A stretch of 64,000 nucleotides of DNA from Candidatus Aminicenantes bacterium (GCA_963784525.1 CAWART010000001.1:192767-256766); one strand, 5' to 3'; counted from the first letter of the stretch, positions 8,889 through 19,435 are shown. Notes: generated by a model not told the origin, from the letters alone. Translations and numbers: made by a program.

Positions 8889-10562
8889 ATGCCTTCCGAT
8901 ACCCAAGTCATTTTTTCCATGTCCCGGGTCGGGCGCGTCCATCCGCCCAACCGCCAGGTCCTGAAGGACATCTCGCTCGGCTTCTACTACGGGGCCAAGA
9001 TCGGGGTCCTCGGGCTTAACGGCTCGGGCAAGTCGACCCTGCTCAACATCATCGCCGGGCGGGACCAGGGATACATCGGCGAGATCGCCCTCAGCAAAGG
9101 CTACAGCATAGGCCTCCTCGAACAGGATCCCCAGCTCGACCCTGCGAAATCCGTCGTCGAAGTCGTGCGCGAGGGCGTTCAGCCCGTCGTCGACATCCTG
9201 GCCCGCTACGACGCGGTCAACGAGAAGCTCGGCGACCCCGATGCCGACATGGACGCGCTCCTGGCCGAGCAGGCGCGACTCCTCGAGGAGATCGAGAAGC
9301 ATGACGCCTGGAACCTCGACAACCATCTCGAGATCGCCATGGAAGCGCTCCGATGCCCGCCTCCGGAGACGCCGGTGACGGTGCTGTCGGGCGGCGAGCG
9401 CCGCCGCGTCGCGCTGACGCGGCTCCTCCTCCTGGAGCCCGACATCCTCCTCCTCGACGAGCCGACCAATCACCTGGACGCCGAATCCGTCGGCTGGCTC
9501 GAGCGGCATCTCCGGGACTACAAGGGCACGGTCATTGCCGTGACCCACGACCGCTATTTCCTGGACAACGTGGCCGGCTGGATCCTGGAGCTCGACCGCG
9601 GCGAGGGCATCCCCTGGAAGGGCAACTACTCGTCCTGGCTCGAACAAAAACAAGCCCGGCTGGCGATCGAAGAAAGGACCGAATCGCGCCGCCAGCGGAC
9701 CCTGGCCCGCGAGCTAGAGTGGATCCGGATGTCGCCCAAAGCGCGCCAGGCCAAGGGAAAGGCCCGCGTCACGGCCTACGAAAGGCTCCTGGGCCAGGAT
9801 TTCGAGCGCTACCGCGACGAGCAGGAATTGCCCATCCCGACCGGGCCCCGGCTGGGGGACGTCGTCATCGAGCTCGAGAACGTGACCAAGGCCTACGGGG
9901 AGAGGGTCCTCATCGACGGCCTGACCATCAGTATCCCTCCCGGATCCATCGTAGGCATCATCGGGCCCAACGGCGCCGGGAAGACGACCCTCCTGCGAAT
10001 GATCACGGGGACGGAAAGCCCGGACGCCGGGCGCGTCCGGGTCGGCGAGACGGTCAAGATCGCCTACGCCGACCAGTCGCGCACCCTCGACCCGGCGAAG
10101 ACGGTGTTCGAGGAGGTCTCGGGGGGGCAGGAGTCCATCAGGGTCGGCGGCCGGGAGATGAACGCCCGGGCCTATTGCGCCTCGTTCGGGTTCGGCGGCA
10201 CCGACCAGCAGAAGAGATGCGCGGTCCTCTCGGGCGGCGAGCGAAACCGCGTCCACATGGCCAAGGCCCTGTCCGAAGGCGGCAACGTCATCCTCCTCGA
10301 CGAGCCGACCAACGATCTGGACGTCAACACCCTGCGGTCCCTGGAGGACGCGCTGGCCGGATTCGCCGGCTGCGCCGTGGTCGTCAGCCACGACCGCTGG
10401 TTCCTCGACCGCGTCGCCACCCACATCCTGGCCTTCGAGGAGGACGGGGGGATTCCCTGGATCTTCGGGAACTACTCCGCGTACCGGGAGGACCTCCGCC
10501 GGCGCATGGGGGCCGCGGCCGACCAGCCCCATCGCATGAAACCCCGGGCCCTGAAACGCTGA
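8889..10562 (+). CDS. ettA: Energy-dependent translational throttle protein EttA (ABC-F ATPase)
   Basis: 557 aa. N-terminus VIFSMSRVGRVHPPNRQVLKDISLGFYYGAKIGVLGLNGSGKSTLL. Two ABC cassettes (LSGGERRRVAL / LLLDEPTNHLD and LSGGERNRVHM / LLDEPTNDLD) with no membrane domain. Confidence 0.88.
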   Translation: MPSDTQVIFSMSRVGRVHPPNRQVLKDISLGFYYGAKIGVLGLNGSGKSTLLNIIAGRDQGYIGEIALSKGYSIGLLEQDPQLDPAKSVVEVVREGVQPVVDILARYDAVNEKLGDPDADMDALLAEQARLLEEIEKHDAWNLDNHLEIAMEALRCPPPETPVTVLSGGERRRVALTRLLLLEPDILLLDEPTNHLDAESVGWLERHLRDYKGTVIAVTHDRYFLDNVAGWILELDRGEGIPWKGNYSSWLEQKQARLAIEERTESRRQRTLARELEWIRMSPKARQAKGKARVTAYERLLGQDFERYRDEQELPIPTGPRLGDVVIELENVTKAYGERVLIDGLTISIPPGSIVGIIGPNGAGKTTLLRMITGTESPDAGRVRVGETVKIAYADQSRTLDPAKTVFEEVSGGQESIRVGGREMNARAYCASFGFGGTDQQKRCAVLSGGERNRVHMAKALSEGGNVILLDEPTNDLDVNTLRSLEDALAGFAGCAVVVSHDRWFLDRVATHILAFEEDGGIPWIFGNYSAYREDLRRRMGAAADQPHRMKPRALKR

Positions 10563-10682
10563 ACGTGACGGAGGATCCGATCCACCGGAGGAATGTGCCC
10601 GGGCCTCGCCGCCATTGGCGGGCGGGAAGGGCCTATGTTAGATTAGCAGGACAGGACCGATGAACATGGGGAGGTCTGTCTC

Positions 10683-11717
10683 ATGACAAAGCGCAAGGGA
10701 ATGTCTCGAAGGGAATTTTTCGTCGCCGGGATCGCCGGGGGGGCCGTATTCCTGCCGGGAGGCTGGACTCGGCGGGGAGCGGGAACGGGCGGAAGCGGCT
10801 TGGGCCGGGCGACCGGCACGACCTCCGGTACGCGCGTCGTCCTGGTCAGGACGGATTCCCGGGCCGACGGCGTGAAGAAGAGCCTCGACCTTTTGAACAT
10901 CGATCCGTTCAACGGGAAGAACGTCCTCATCAAGCCGAACTTCAACACCTCCGACGTGACGCCCGGCTCGACCCACGCCGATACGCTCAAGGCGCTCCTC
11001 GGGCGGATCCGCGAGATGGGGGCGAAGAGCCTGTCCATCGGTGACCGGAGCGGGCCGGAGCCGACCCCGCAGGTGTTCGATAAGAAGGGAATACCGGATA
11101 TCGCCGCCTCCTTCGATGCCAAGCTCCTGAATTTCGACGAGCTCGGCGCCGACGGCTACGTCAAGGTCACGCCCCCGGGCTCGCACTGGAAGGACGGCTT
11201 CCTCATCGCCCGGCCGGTCGTCGAGACCGAGCGCGTCGTTTCGACCTGTTGCCTGAAGACCCACCAGTACGGCGGGGTGTTCACGATGTCGCTCAAGAAC
11301 TCCGTCGGCACCGTCCCCCGGAAGGGCACGACGTTCATGAAGGAGCTCCATTCCTCTCCCGACCAGCGCCGCATGATCGCCGAGATCAATGCCGCCTACA
11401 AGCCGGCCCTTGTCGTGGTCGACGGGCTCGAGGCCTTCGTCGACGGCGGCCCGATGACCGGGACCCGAAAGGACGCCGGAGTTTTCCTGGCCGGGACCGA
11501 CCGGGTGGCCGTCGACGCCGTGGGCGTGGCCATCCTCAAGGAACTCGGGTCGAACGATGCCATCATGAAGCCGGCCGTTTTCGCCCAGGAGCAGATCGCC
11601 CGGGCCGCCGAGCTCGGACTGGGCGTCTCCTCGGCCGCGGATATCGTCATCGTGACGCCGGACGCGGCGAGCGAGGCTTACGCGGAGAAGATCAGGAAGA
11701 TCCTCGCTGCCGGCTGA
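10683..11717 (+). CDS. DUF362 domain protein with twin-arginine signal
   Basis: Tat-like MSRREFFVAGIAGGAVF. DUF362-type core: VLIKPNFN, STCCLKTH, AVDAVGVAI. Confidence 0.65.
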   Translation: MTKRKGMSRREFFVAGIAGGAVFLPGGWTRRGAGTGGSGLGRATGTTSGTRVVLVRTDSRADGVKKSLDLLNIDPFNGKNVLIKPNFNTSDVTPGSTHADTLKALLGRIREMGAKSLSIGDRSGPEPTPQVFDKKGIPDIAASFDAKLLNFDELGADGYVKVTPPGSHWKDGFLIARPVVETERVVSTCCLKTHQYGGVFTMSLKNSVGTVPRKGTTFMKELHSSPDQRRMIAEINAAYKPALVVVDGLEAFVDGGPMTGTRKDAGVFLAGTDRVAVDAVGVAILKELGSNDAIMKPAVFAQEQIARAAELGLGVSSAADIVIVTPDAASEAYAEKIRKILAAG

Positions 11718-11811
11718 AGGCCGTTCAGGGACCGGCCGGCCACCCGGGCGGGGCGTGCGATGATCCCTTGGCACGGGACGGTTTCCTGCGCGATCCGGAT
11801 GGAGAGAGAGA

Positions 11812-12162
11812 ATGAATATCCGATTGAAACGCGCGTATGATCCGCCCGGGGACCGCGACGGGGTCCGCCTGCTGGTCGAGCGGCTGTGGCCCCGGGGCCT
11901 GACCAGGGAAAAGGCCAGGATCGATGAGTGGTTCAAGGATGTGGCGCCCAGTCAGGGACTTCGGAAGTGGTATGCCCATGACTTGGCCAAATGGACAGAG
12001 TTCCGCCGGCGCTATCTTGACGAGCTTGGGAGCAACCCCCAGGCTGTCGACCGGCTGCGCGAGAGACTGAAAGGGGGACCCGTCACGTTCGTCTTCGCGG
12101 CGAAGGACGAAGAGCATAACAGCGCCTTGATCCTGAAGGAGTTCATGGCGGGAAAGCTCTGA
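11812..12162 (+). CDS. DUF488 family protein (YeaO-like)
   Basis: MNIRLKRAYDPPGDRDGVRLLVERLWPRGLTREKARIDEWFKDVAPS... closely follows the YeaO/DUF488 pattern. Confidence 0.85.
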   Translation: MNIRLKRAYDPPGDRDGVRLLVERLWPRGLTREKARIDEWFKDVAPSQGLRKWYAHDLAKWTEFRRRYLDELGSNPQAVDRLRERLKGGPVTFVFAAKDEEHNSALILKEFMAGKL

Positions 12163-12357
12163 GGAGAACGGGGAGGAGGGGCGATGACCGGAGCCCCTTG
12201 ACGGCCGAGCCGCCGCGGATGAGCCCGGGGCCCGTACCCGCGCTCGCCCGGGCGGTCCTTCGGCCGCGTCGACAGAGCGATCCGGTTGTGTTATCTATAG
12301 GTTCGATCCGCGGCTTGCCCCGAGGGCGCGCGTCATTCGTGATCGAGGAGGATCTCC

Positions 12358-14103
12358 ATGATTTGTCACAGGCAACGAATCTCGAGGGCGGCGGGGTTCC
12401 TTCTCGTCGCGGGTCTCGCGCTCGCGGCGCCGGCGGCTTCCTTCGCCCAGCTCAAGTTCGCCCTGTCCTTTCCCGAGGCGCTCTCGCGGACGCCCCTCGA
12501 TGGCCGGCTGCTCCTGCTCATATCGAAGAACGGCGACGCCGAGCCCCGTTTCCAGATCAGCGACGGCCCCCGCACCGAGCTCGTCTTCGGAATCGACGTC
12601 GAAGGCCTGGCGCCCGGGCGCGAGGCGATCATCGACGCCTCGGCCTTCGGCTATCCCCTCCGGAGCCTGGCCGAGCTCCCGACGGGCGAATATTCCGTCC
12701 AGGGCCTCCTCCATAAATATGAAACGTTTTCCCGCTCCGACGGCCACGTCGTCAAACTGCCCATGGACCGCGGCGAGGGGCAGCATTGGAACACGGCGCC
12801 CGGAAACCTCCTGAGCGTGCCCCGCCGGCTCCGCATCGACCCCCGAAGCGCCGAGACCGTTCGCGTCGTCCTCGACCGGGAGATCCCGCCCATCCCCGCT
12901 CCCCAGGACACGAAATATATCCGTCATGAGCGCATCCAGAGCGATCTCCTGACGAAGTTCTGGGGCCGGCCCATGCACCTCGGGGCCTGCCTGCTCCTTC
13001 CCGAAGGTTTCGACGAGCATCCCGAGGCCCGCTACCCCCTGGTCATCTTTCACGGCCACTTTCCCCATACCGTCGAGGGGTTCCGCGAATCCCCTCCCGA
13101 CCCCGGCATGAAGCCGGATTGGAGCGAGCGGTTCCGGCTCGAAGGATATAACCGCATCGAGCAGGAGCAGGCCTACGAGTTCTACAAGGGGTGGACCGGA
13201 AAGGGCTTCCCCCGGGTCATCGTGATGGAGATTCAGCACGCCAACCCCTACTACGACGATTCCTATGCCGTCAACTCGGCCAATCTCGGGCCCTACGGCG
13301 ATGCCATCGTCCGCGAGCTCATCCCGTACATCGAGAAGAAATATCGCGGCCTCGGCCAGGGCTGGGCGCGATTCCTCTACGGCGGCTCGACGGGCGGGTG
13401 GGAGGCCCTGGCGGCCCAGGTCTTTTACCCCGACGAGTTCAACGGCTGTTACGCCGCATGCCCCGACCCCATCGACTTCCGGGCTTACACCGTCGTCAAC
13501 ATCTACGAGCACCATAACGCTTACTTTGTCGACGGGCCATGGAAGAGGACGCCCCGGCCGGCCCTCCGCAACTGGCTCGGAGAGGTCAGCGCGACGATCG
13601 AGGAAACCAACCACCGTGAACTGGCCTTGGGGACGAAGTCCCGGTCGGGCGACCAGTGGGACATCTGGCAGGCCGTGTTCGGACCGGTCGGCGCGGACGG
13701 CTACCCCAAACCCATCTGGGACAAGATGACCGGAGAGATCGACCGCGAGGTCGCCCGCTACTGGCAGGAGAACTACGACCTCCGTTACATCATGGAACGC
13801 GACTGGAAGTCGCTCGGCCCCAGGCTCAAGGGCAAGATCCATATTTATGTCGGCGACATGGATAACTATTACCTCAACAACGCCGTCTATCTGACCGAGA
13901 CGTTCCTTGAAAGCGCCCGAGACCCCGCCTACGAGGGAGAGATCGACTACGGCGACCGGGCCGAGCACTGCTGGAACGGCGACCACGAGCGGCCGAACGC
14001 CATCTCGCGCCTGCGCTATCACCAGATGTATATTCCCCGGATCGCCAAGCGCATCGACAGGACGGCGCCTCCGGGGTCCGATCTCAAGAGCTGGCGATAT
14101 TAA
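12358..14103 (+). CDS. Secreted esterase-like alpha/beta-hydrolase-fold protein
   Basis: Signal peptide AAGFLLVAGLALAAPAASFA. Esterase (PF00756-like) pattern ELIPYIEKKYRGLGQGWARFLYGGSTGGWEALAAQVFYPDEF. GAGGAGG lies before the ATG. Confidence 0.6.
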   Translation: MICHRQRISRAAGFLLVAGLALAAPAASFAQLKFALSFPEALSRTPLDGRLLLLISKNGDAEPRFQISDGPRTELVFGIDVEGLAPGREAIIDASAFGYPLRSLAELPTGEYSVQGLLHKYETFSRSDGHVVKLPMDRGEGQHWNTAPGNLLSVPRRLRIDPRSAETVRVVLDREIPPIPAPQDTKYIRHERIQSDLLTKFWGRPMHLGACLLLPEGFDEHPEARYPLVIFHGHFPHTVEGFRESPPDPGMKPDWSERFRLEGYNRIEQEQAYEFYKGWTGKGFPRVIVMEIQHANPYYDDSYAVNSANLGPYGDAIVRELIPYIEKKYRGLGQGWARFLYGGSTGGWEALAAQVFYPDEFNGCYAACPDPIDFRAYTVVNIYEHHNAYFVDGPWKRTPRPALRNWLGEVSATIEETNHRELALGTKSRSGDQWDIWQAVFGPVGADGYPKPIWDKMTGEIDREVARYWQENYDLRYIMERDWKSLGPRLKGKIHIYVGDMDNYYLNNAVYLTETFLESARDPAYEGEIDYGDRAEHCWNGDHERPNAISRLRYHQMYIPRIAKRIDRTAPPGSDLKSWRY

Positions 14104-14166
14104 ACCGGCCCTCCCCGGTTCATCCCGCGGCCGGGTCATCCGGCCGGGCGCGGGCGTGAAACCCGC

Positions 14167-14972
14167 CTAGCTTCGTTTGCGGCCGTACACGAAATCGCCG
14201 ATGCGGCGCATCCGGTCCAGCTCCTCCGGCGACATCGGCCCCGCATCGAGGGCGGCCAGATTCTCGCGCATCTGGTCGACCGTCTTCGCTCCCGACATGC
14301 AGACGTCGACCGCGGGATGGGAGAGGACGAACCGGTAGCAATCCCCGGCCGTCGGCGGCTTTTCCCCCGCCGGCATCTTCTTCGGGTCGAGGAGCTTTCC
14401 CCAACGGGTGGCGGTGAAGGCCACAATCCCGGGGCGGCGCTCCTGCCCGACGAAGGGGAAGATTTCCCGTTCCGCCCCGCGGTGGGCGGCGTTGTAGCGG
14501 AGGTGAAGGACGTCAAAATCCCCACCGCCCGCCAATTCCCCGAGGAGCCTGCGGTCGTGGCTGGAGAGGCCGATGAACCGGACGAGCCCCTTCTCCTTCA
14601 TCCGCAGGGCGCCGTCGACGAGGCGCCGGGGCGGCTTTTCGAGAAATAGCCGAGGATGAGGATGTCGGCATGGTCCAGATCGGCGCTCTTCAAGCCCCGG
14701 CGGAGCCGACTCTCCGTCATGAAGTTGTTGTGGGCGTAGGTGAATGCGGCCAGGACCAGGCGGTCCCGCTGTCCCTTGGCGACGATGTTTTTCAGCGCGT
14801 CGCGCATCCGGGGGGAGTACCCCTTGATGACCGTGCCCCAGGTGAAGTAATTGCAGCCCTTCTCGAAGGCCTCTTCGATGGCCGCGGTGGGCGCCTTATA
14901 GCCCGAGGCGATCCCCAGCCGTCCGACCTTGAGGCCCGTTCGTCCCAGCTCGACCTGCTCGTGGAAGCTCAT
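14167..14972 (-). pseudogene. Aldo/keto reductase interrupted by a single-base frameshift (or assembly indel)
   Basis: The N-terminal half (14598-14972, MSFHEQVELGRTGLKVGRLGIASGY...) and the C-terminal half (14167-14601, ...KEKGLVRFIGLSSH...) are in different frames. Adding one base in the T/A runs at about 14636-14650 joins ...ILILGYF to LEKPPRRLVDGALRMKEKGLVRFIGLSSH. GGAGGA lies 7 nt before ATG 14972. Confidence 0.8.
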
Positions 14973-15327
14973 GTTCCCGTCCTCCATCTATCCGAGATTC
15001 GTCCGAAATCCTGACAATGATAGCCCCCTTCCTTTGTGAATACCAGGTCTTTCGAGGGATCCATGCCGACGGGGGACGTCATCATGTAAGGTCCTTTTAC
15101 AGGAGGGGACGCCCTCGAGCCGACCGGGCGGACGATCCCGACACGCGCCTGATCGCTCGCTCCCAGAGGGCCCAACAGGGAGGGTCCCCCGATTTCCCTC
15201 AGTTGTCGGGCGCCGGCCTTTATGGGCCCGAGCGAAGATTCAACTTGGCTCGGAGTTTGCAGTATCATTGAGCGGGAACAAGATCCGCCATTGGATGGGA
15301 AGGTCCGTATTGAAAGAGGAGACGCCC

Positions 15328-17130
15328 GTGAAAAAGTGCTTCGGTATCATCCTGGTCATGCTGTTGGCGGCGGGTTCGGCCCGGCCGCAGGAGATCTTCG
15401 AAATGCTCGGGAAAGGAGATGTCCCGGCCGTCAAGGCCATGGTCGAGACGTCGCCTCGACTCGTCGACGCCCGGGACGAAGGAGGGGCGACGCTCCTCCA
15501 CCATGCCGCTTATATGGGCACTGACCCCGGCTTCATTCATTTTCTGATCGACAAGGGCGCCAAGCTCGAGGCCACCGACGCGGAGCTCAATACGCCGCTC
15601 CACTATGCTGCTACCTACGACCGGCAGGCGGCCGCGGCCGCTCTCATCGAACGGGGGGCCGCCATCGAAGCGAGGGACGGCTATCAGCGGACGCCCCTCA
15701 TCCTCTGCGCGCGCGAGCGGGGCCAGGCGGCGACGGCTCGCCTCCTCATCGAAGCCGGCGCCGACGTCAACGCCCAGGACAAGTTCGGATCCGACGCGCT
15801 CGAGCTCGCGGCCTGGCGCGGGAAAGCGGAATTCGTCGACCTGCTCCTCGAAAAGGGCGCCCGGGTGCCGGAGAGCGGGGACAAATGGCATACGGGGGTT
15901 TCCCTGGCCGCTTCCCAGGGGTTGAACACGCTGTTCCGCCGGCTGACCGACGGCCGGTCCGCCGCGAGCGTCCTCGCCGCCGGGGCCTCCCTCCTTCACG
16001 ACGCCGCGGCAGGCGGATCCGCCGAGATCGTCGGCCTCCTTCTCGAGAAAGGCTATGGTCCGGCCAAGCCTGACCGATTCGGCTGGACGCCGCTCCACTA
16101 TGCCGCCCGGGACGGCCGGACCGATGTCGCCCGGATGCTGATCGAGAAGGGAGCGCCCCTCGATGTCCGGACGATCATGGGCCAGACAGCCTATAACGTG
16201 GCGACGGAGCGGACGATGGACGCCGTGGCCGGGCTCCTCGTCGAAAAGGGGGCCGATGTGTCGGAGGTCCGCTTCCCCGTCCTTAAGGGGGATTACCTGG
16301 GCCAGAAGCCGCCCGCGGGGGGCGCCGAATTGTTCGGTCTGGGCATCATCTCCTCGATCTGGGGACTTCACAGCACGGCCGTGTTCTCCCCTGACGGGAC
16401 CGAGGTATACTGGGCGCCGATGATCATGTTCCCCGGGGGGATCTATTCCCGGGGCGGCCTGCTGATGATGAAGAGACGTGCCGACGGCGGTTGGGCGCCG
16501 CCCGCCTGGGCGCCGTTTTCGGGCCCGGGCCTCGGCGACGACGTGCCGTTCTTCTCCGCCGACGGGAAAAGGATCTATTTCATCTCCCGGCGGCCGCTCC
16601 CCGGAGAAACGGAGCAGGGGAGAGAGAAGATCTGGTTCGCCGACAGGACGTCCGCGGGTTGGTCCGAGCCCCGGCCCCTGGATCCCGACGTCAACGCGGT
16701 CGATAAGCATTGGGAATTCTCCCTTGACGGGAAGGGAAACGTCTACTTCGCGGGCCAGGCGCCCGACGGCCTCGGCATGACCGATATCTATCTGGCCCGT
16801 TTCTCCGGAGACAAGTACGAGAAGCCGGTCAATGTCGGAGCGCCCATCAACTCCGCGGCCATCGACGACACGCCCTTCATCGCGCCGGACGGAAGCTATC
16901 TCATCTTCGAGCGTCAATACGACCTCTGGGTGAGCTTCCGGGATGCCGGGAACGCGTGGTCCGAACCCGTCAAATTGGGGCCGGAGGTCAACAGCCCGTC
17001 GATCGAGCTCTGTCCGGTCGTCACTTCGGACGGCAGGTACCTGTTCTTCCTGAGCCAGCGCGACGGCGAAAGCCACGCTTATTGGGTGAACGCGAACGTC
17101 ATCGAAAAGGCGCGGCCGGCAAAAGAATAG
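15328..17130 (+). CDS. Secreted ankyrin-repeat protein fused to TolB-like PD40 beta-propeller repeats
   Basis: GTG at 15328 follows AGGAG and gives the signal peptide VKKCFGIILVMLLAAGSA. There are about 8 ankyrin repeats (G.TLLHHAA, NTPLHYAA, GWTPLHYAARDG...). The C-terminal half carries PD40-type repeats (FSPDGTEVYW, FFSADGKRIYFISRR, FIAPDGSYLIFE, VVTSDGRYLFFLSQRDG). The ORF is open from 15268. Confidence 0.75.
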   Translation: MKKCFGIILVMLLAAGSARPQEIFEMLGKGDVPAVKAMVETSPRLVDARDEGGATLLHHAAYMGTDPGFIHFLIDKGAKLEATDAELNTPLHYAATYDRQAAAAALIERGAAIEARDGYQRTPLILCARERGQAATARLLIEAGADVNAQDKFGSDALELAAWRGKAEFVDLLLEKGARVPESGDKWHTGVSLAASQGLNTLFRRLTDGRSAASVLAAGASLLHDAAAGGSAEIVGLLLEKGYGPAKPDRFGWTPLHYAARDGRTDVARMLIEKGAPLDVRTIMGQTAYNVATERTMDAVAGLLVEKGADVSEVRFPVLKGDYLGQKPPAGGAELFGLGIISSIWGLHSTAVFSPDGTEVYWAPMIMFPGGIYSRGGLLMMKRRADGGWAPPAWAPFSGPGLGDDVPFFSADGKRIYFISRRPLPGETEQGREKIWFADRTSAGWSEPRPLDPDVNAVDKHWEFSLDGKGNVYFAGQAPDGLGMTDIYLARFSGDKYEKPVNVGAPINSAAIDDTPFIAPDGSYLIFERQYDLWVSFRDAGNAWSEPVKLGPEVNSPSIELCPVVTSDGRYLFFLSQRDGESHAYWVNANVIEKARPAKE

Positions 17131-17139
17131 GACGGTTCA

Positions 17140-17177
17140 AGATCCCCTCCTTTGGAAAAGGGGGTCAGGGGGGATCT
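17140..17177. terminator. GC-rich hairpin between convergent genes (possible bidirectional terminator)
   Basis: AGATCCCC (17140-17147) pairs with GGGGATCT (17170-17177). An inner hairpin CCTTT-GGA-AAAGG sits at 17149-17161. It lies between the stop of the + gene (17130) and the stop of ptb (17189). There is no clean U-tract. Confidence 0.3.
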
Positions 17178-17188
17178 CTTTCCCGGGC

Positions 17189-18088
17189 TCAGGCCAACAG
17201 CGACGCCAGGGCGATCGAATAGTACTTCGTGTCCTCCGAATCCGACCGTGATGTCAGGACGCAGGGACAGGTCGCGCCGGCCACGACGGCCGCGAGCTCG
17301 GCCCCGGCCAGATACGTGTTGGCCTTGAAGAAGATGTTCCCGGCCTCGATGTTGGGGAAAATGAGGATGTCGGCGTCTCCGGCCACCGGGGACCTGACGC
17401 CTTTGATATCGGCGCTCTCCTTGGAAAAGGCCACGTCCAGGGCCAGGGGCCCGTCGACGATAGCGCCCTTGATCTGGCCCCGCTCGGCCATCTTGCTGAT
17501 GATGGCGGCTTCGGTCGTGGACGGCATCTTGGGATTGATCTTCTCGACGGCCGAAAGCAGGACCGCTTTCGGCTCCTCGATATCCAGCTTGTGGGCCACG
17601 GCGATGGCGTAGTTCAGGATGGCGATCTTGGCCTCCAGGTCCGGGGCGGGGATGACGGCCACGTCGCCGCAAATGATGAGCTTCTTCCAGGCCGGGGTCT
17701 GGATGACGGTCACGTGGGATAGAAGACGGCCGGGCGGGAGCAGGCCCTTCTCCTTGTCGATGATGCCCCGGATGTAGACCGAGGAATCCAACAGGCCCTT
17801 CATCAGGAAATCGGCCTTGCCCTCGCGGACCCTGGCGATGGCCAGGGCCAGCGCCTTTCCCTTGTCCGGCTCGTGAATGATCTCGACCTGGCCGAGGTCG
17901 ACCTTATTTTCAGCGGCGACCTTGCCGATCGCGTTCTTGTCGCCGGTCATGGCGATCTTCGCCAAGCCTTCCTTGGCCGCACGTCCCACGGCCTCGATGG
18001 TATGCGGATCCTCCCCACAGGCTACGGACAGCCGCTTGGGCGGCGCCGCCTTGACCTTTTCGACGACCTGATCCAGCGTGGTGATCAT
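17189..18088 (-). CDS. ptb: Phosphate butyryltransferase (phosphotransbutyrylase/phosphotransacetylase family)
   Basis: 299 aa. MITTLDQVVEKVKAAPPKRLSVACGEDPHTIEAVGRAAKEGLAKIAMTGD. It lies directly downstream of butyrate kinase on the same strand. Confidence 0.8.
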   Translation of the reverse strand: MITTLDQVVEKVKAAPPKRLSVACGEDPHTIEAVGRAAKEGLAKIAMTGDKNAIGKVAAENKVDLGQVEIIHEPDKGKALALAIARVREGKADFLMKGLLDSSVYIRGIIDKEKGLLPPGRLLSHVTVIQTPAWKKLIICGDVAVIPAPDLEAKIAILNYAIAVAHKLDIEEPKAVLLSAVEKINPKMPSTTEAAIISKMAERGQIKGAIVDGPLALDVAFSKESADIKGVRSPVAGDADILIFPNIEAGNIFFKANTYLAGAELAAVVAGATCPCVLTSRSDSEDTKYYSIALASLLA

Positions 18089-18112
18089 GATGGCTCTCCT
18101 CGATCGCGCATA

Positions 18113-19183
18113 TTAAGATGATGGATATTCTTGGGCCTTCTCGCCGCCGCCGACGACGCGCGCTCCGGCCTGGGCCAGTGCCACCATTTCGTTCTCTCCC
18201 GGGAAGATAAAGACCGGGCCGAGGAACTGAACGGCGTCCTTGATCCGGTCGATGAATTCGGCGGCATAGGCCAGCCCGCCGGTCAGGACGATGCCGTCCA
18301 CTTCGCCTTTGAGGACGGCGGCGCAGGCCCCGATCTGTTTGGCCACGGTGTTGGCCATGGCCGCCAGGACGAGCCCGGCCTCCTTGTCGCCCGCCGCCAC
18401 GCGGCGGAGCGTTTCCCGCATGTCGTTGGTTTTCAGGTGGGCGACCATCCCCCCCCGGCCGGTCAGCATCTTCTTGAGCTCGTTCCAGGTATAGCTTCCG
18501 GAAAAAGCCATGTCGACCAGGTCCCCGGCCGGGATCGTCCCGGCGCGCTCCGGCGTGATGGGACCCTCTCCGTTCAGGCCGTTGTTGACGTCGACGACGC
18601 GGCCGTGGCGATGGGCGCCGACCGTGACCCCTCCGCCCAGGTGGCAGACGATCAGGTTGATGTCTTCATACGCCCGGCCGATCTTTCGGGCGGCCAGGCG
18701 CGCGGTGTACTTGTGGTTGAGGGCGTGAAAGATGCTCCGCCGCCTGATGGCGGGGATCCCGCTCAGTCGGGCCCAATCCTCGAGTTCGTCCACGACGACC
18801 GGGTCGACGATGAACGCCGGAATGCCCAGGGGCCGGGCGATCTCGTCGGCGATCAGCCCGCCGAGGTTCGAGGCGTGCTCGCCCTGGACGCCCTGGGTGA
18901 GGTCCTGGAGCATCCGGTCGTTGACCCGGTAAACGCCGCTCGGGATGGGCCGGAGAAGTCCGCCCCGGCCGACGACGGCGCTCAGGCGGGCGGGATCGAT
19001 GTCCTTTGTTTTCAAGGCATTGAGGATAAGCTCCTTGCGGAAGCCCTTTTGATCGACGATCTTGTTGTAGGGGGCCAGTTCCTCGGTCGAATGCGAGATG
19101 TTTTCGGAGAGGACCTCGCGTTCGTCCTCGTAAACCGCGATCTTGGTCGATGTGGAGCCCGGGTTGATGATCAAAAGGAGCAT
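18113..19183 (-). CDS. buk: Butyrate kinase
   Basis: [21 protein letters not shown]..., HASNLGG and [12 protein letters not shown] are typical of the acetate/butyrate kinase (ASKHA) family, Buk subtype. 356 aa. Confidence 0.85.
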   Translation of the reverse strand: MLLLIINPGSTSTKIAVYEDEREVLSENISHSTEELAPYNKIVDQKGFRKELILNALKTKDIDPARLSAVVGRGGLLRPIPSGVYRVNDRMLQDLTQGVQGEHASNLGGLIADEIARPLGIPAFIVDPVVVDELEDWARLSGIPAIRRRSIFHALNHKYTARLAARKIGRAYEDINLIVCHLGGGVTVGAHRHGRVVDVNNGLNGEGPITPERAGTIPAGDLVDMAFSGSYTWNELKKMLTGRGGMVAHLKTNDMRETLRRVAAGDKEAGLVLAAMANTVAKQIGACAAVLKGEVDGIVLTGGLAYAAEFIDRIKDAVQFLGPVFIFPGENEMVALAQAGARVVGGGEKAQEYPSS

Positions 19184-19435
19184 GGCTTGTCCTGGAAGAA
19201 GAAGGGGGGCTTTTTTTGGTCGCGCGCGCGGGGTCGTTCCGAAGCTGGAGACGCTGCCGCGATCACACGGACATCTTAAGGCCCGGAAGGGCCAAAGTCA
19301 AGGACGGCGGGCCGGCCCATCGCTCCAGAAGACGATCCGGACCGATCAGGGGGAACCCGCGGCGACCGGGAGTTGCCCGGCCGTCCGCCCCTGTGCTAAG
19401 ATCGCACCGACCGATCCACCGGAGAGGGGGAAAGA

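Noticed and set aside
12290-12330. tRNA-like T-loop sequence GGTTCGATCC in the intergenic region before the esterase gene
   Set aside because: I could not fold flanking sequence into a T-stem, anticodon arm or acceptor stem. It is an isolated motif only, so no tRNA is called.
8181-17076. Other long antisense ORFs (8181-9653 -, 10638-11936 -, 12295-14139 -, 15265-17076 -). The same pattern occurs at 22087-23655 +, 48156-50690 - and 60651-62348 -.
   Set aside because: Each lies opposite a gene with strong motif evidence (ettA, DUF362, esterase, ankyrin/PD40, FAD oxidoreductase, DmsA, AddA-like) and encodes Arg/Pro/Gly-rich low-complexity sequence. They are treated as GC artefacts.
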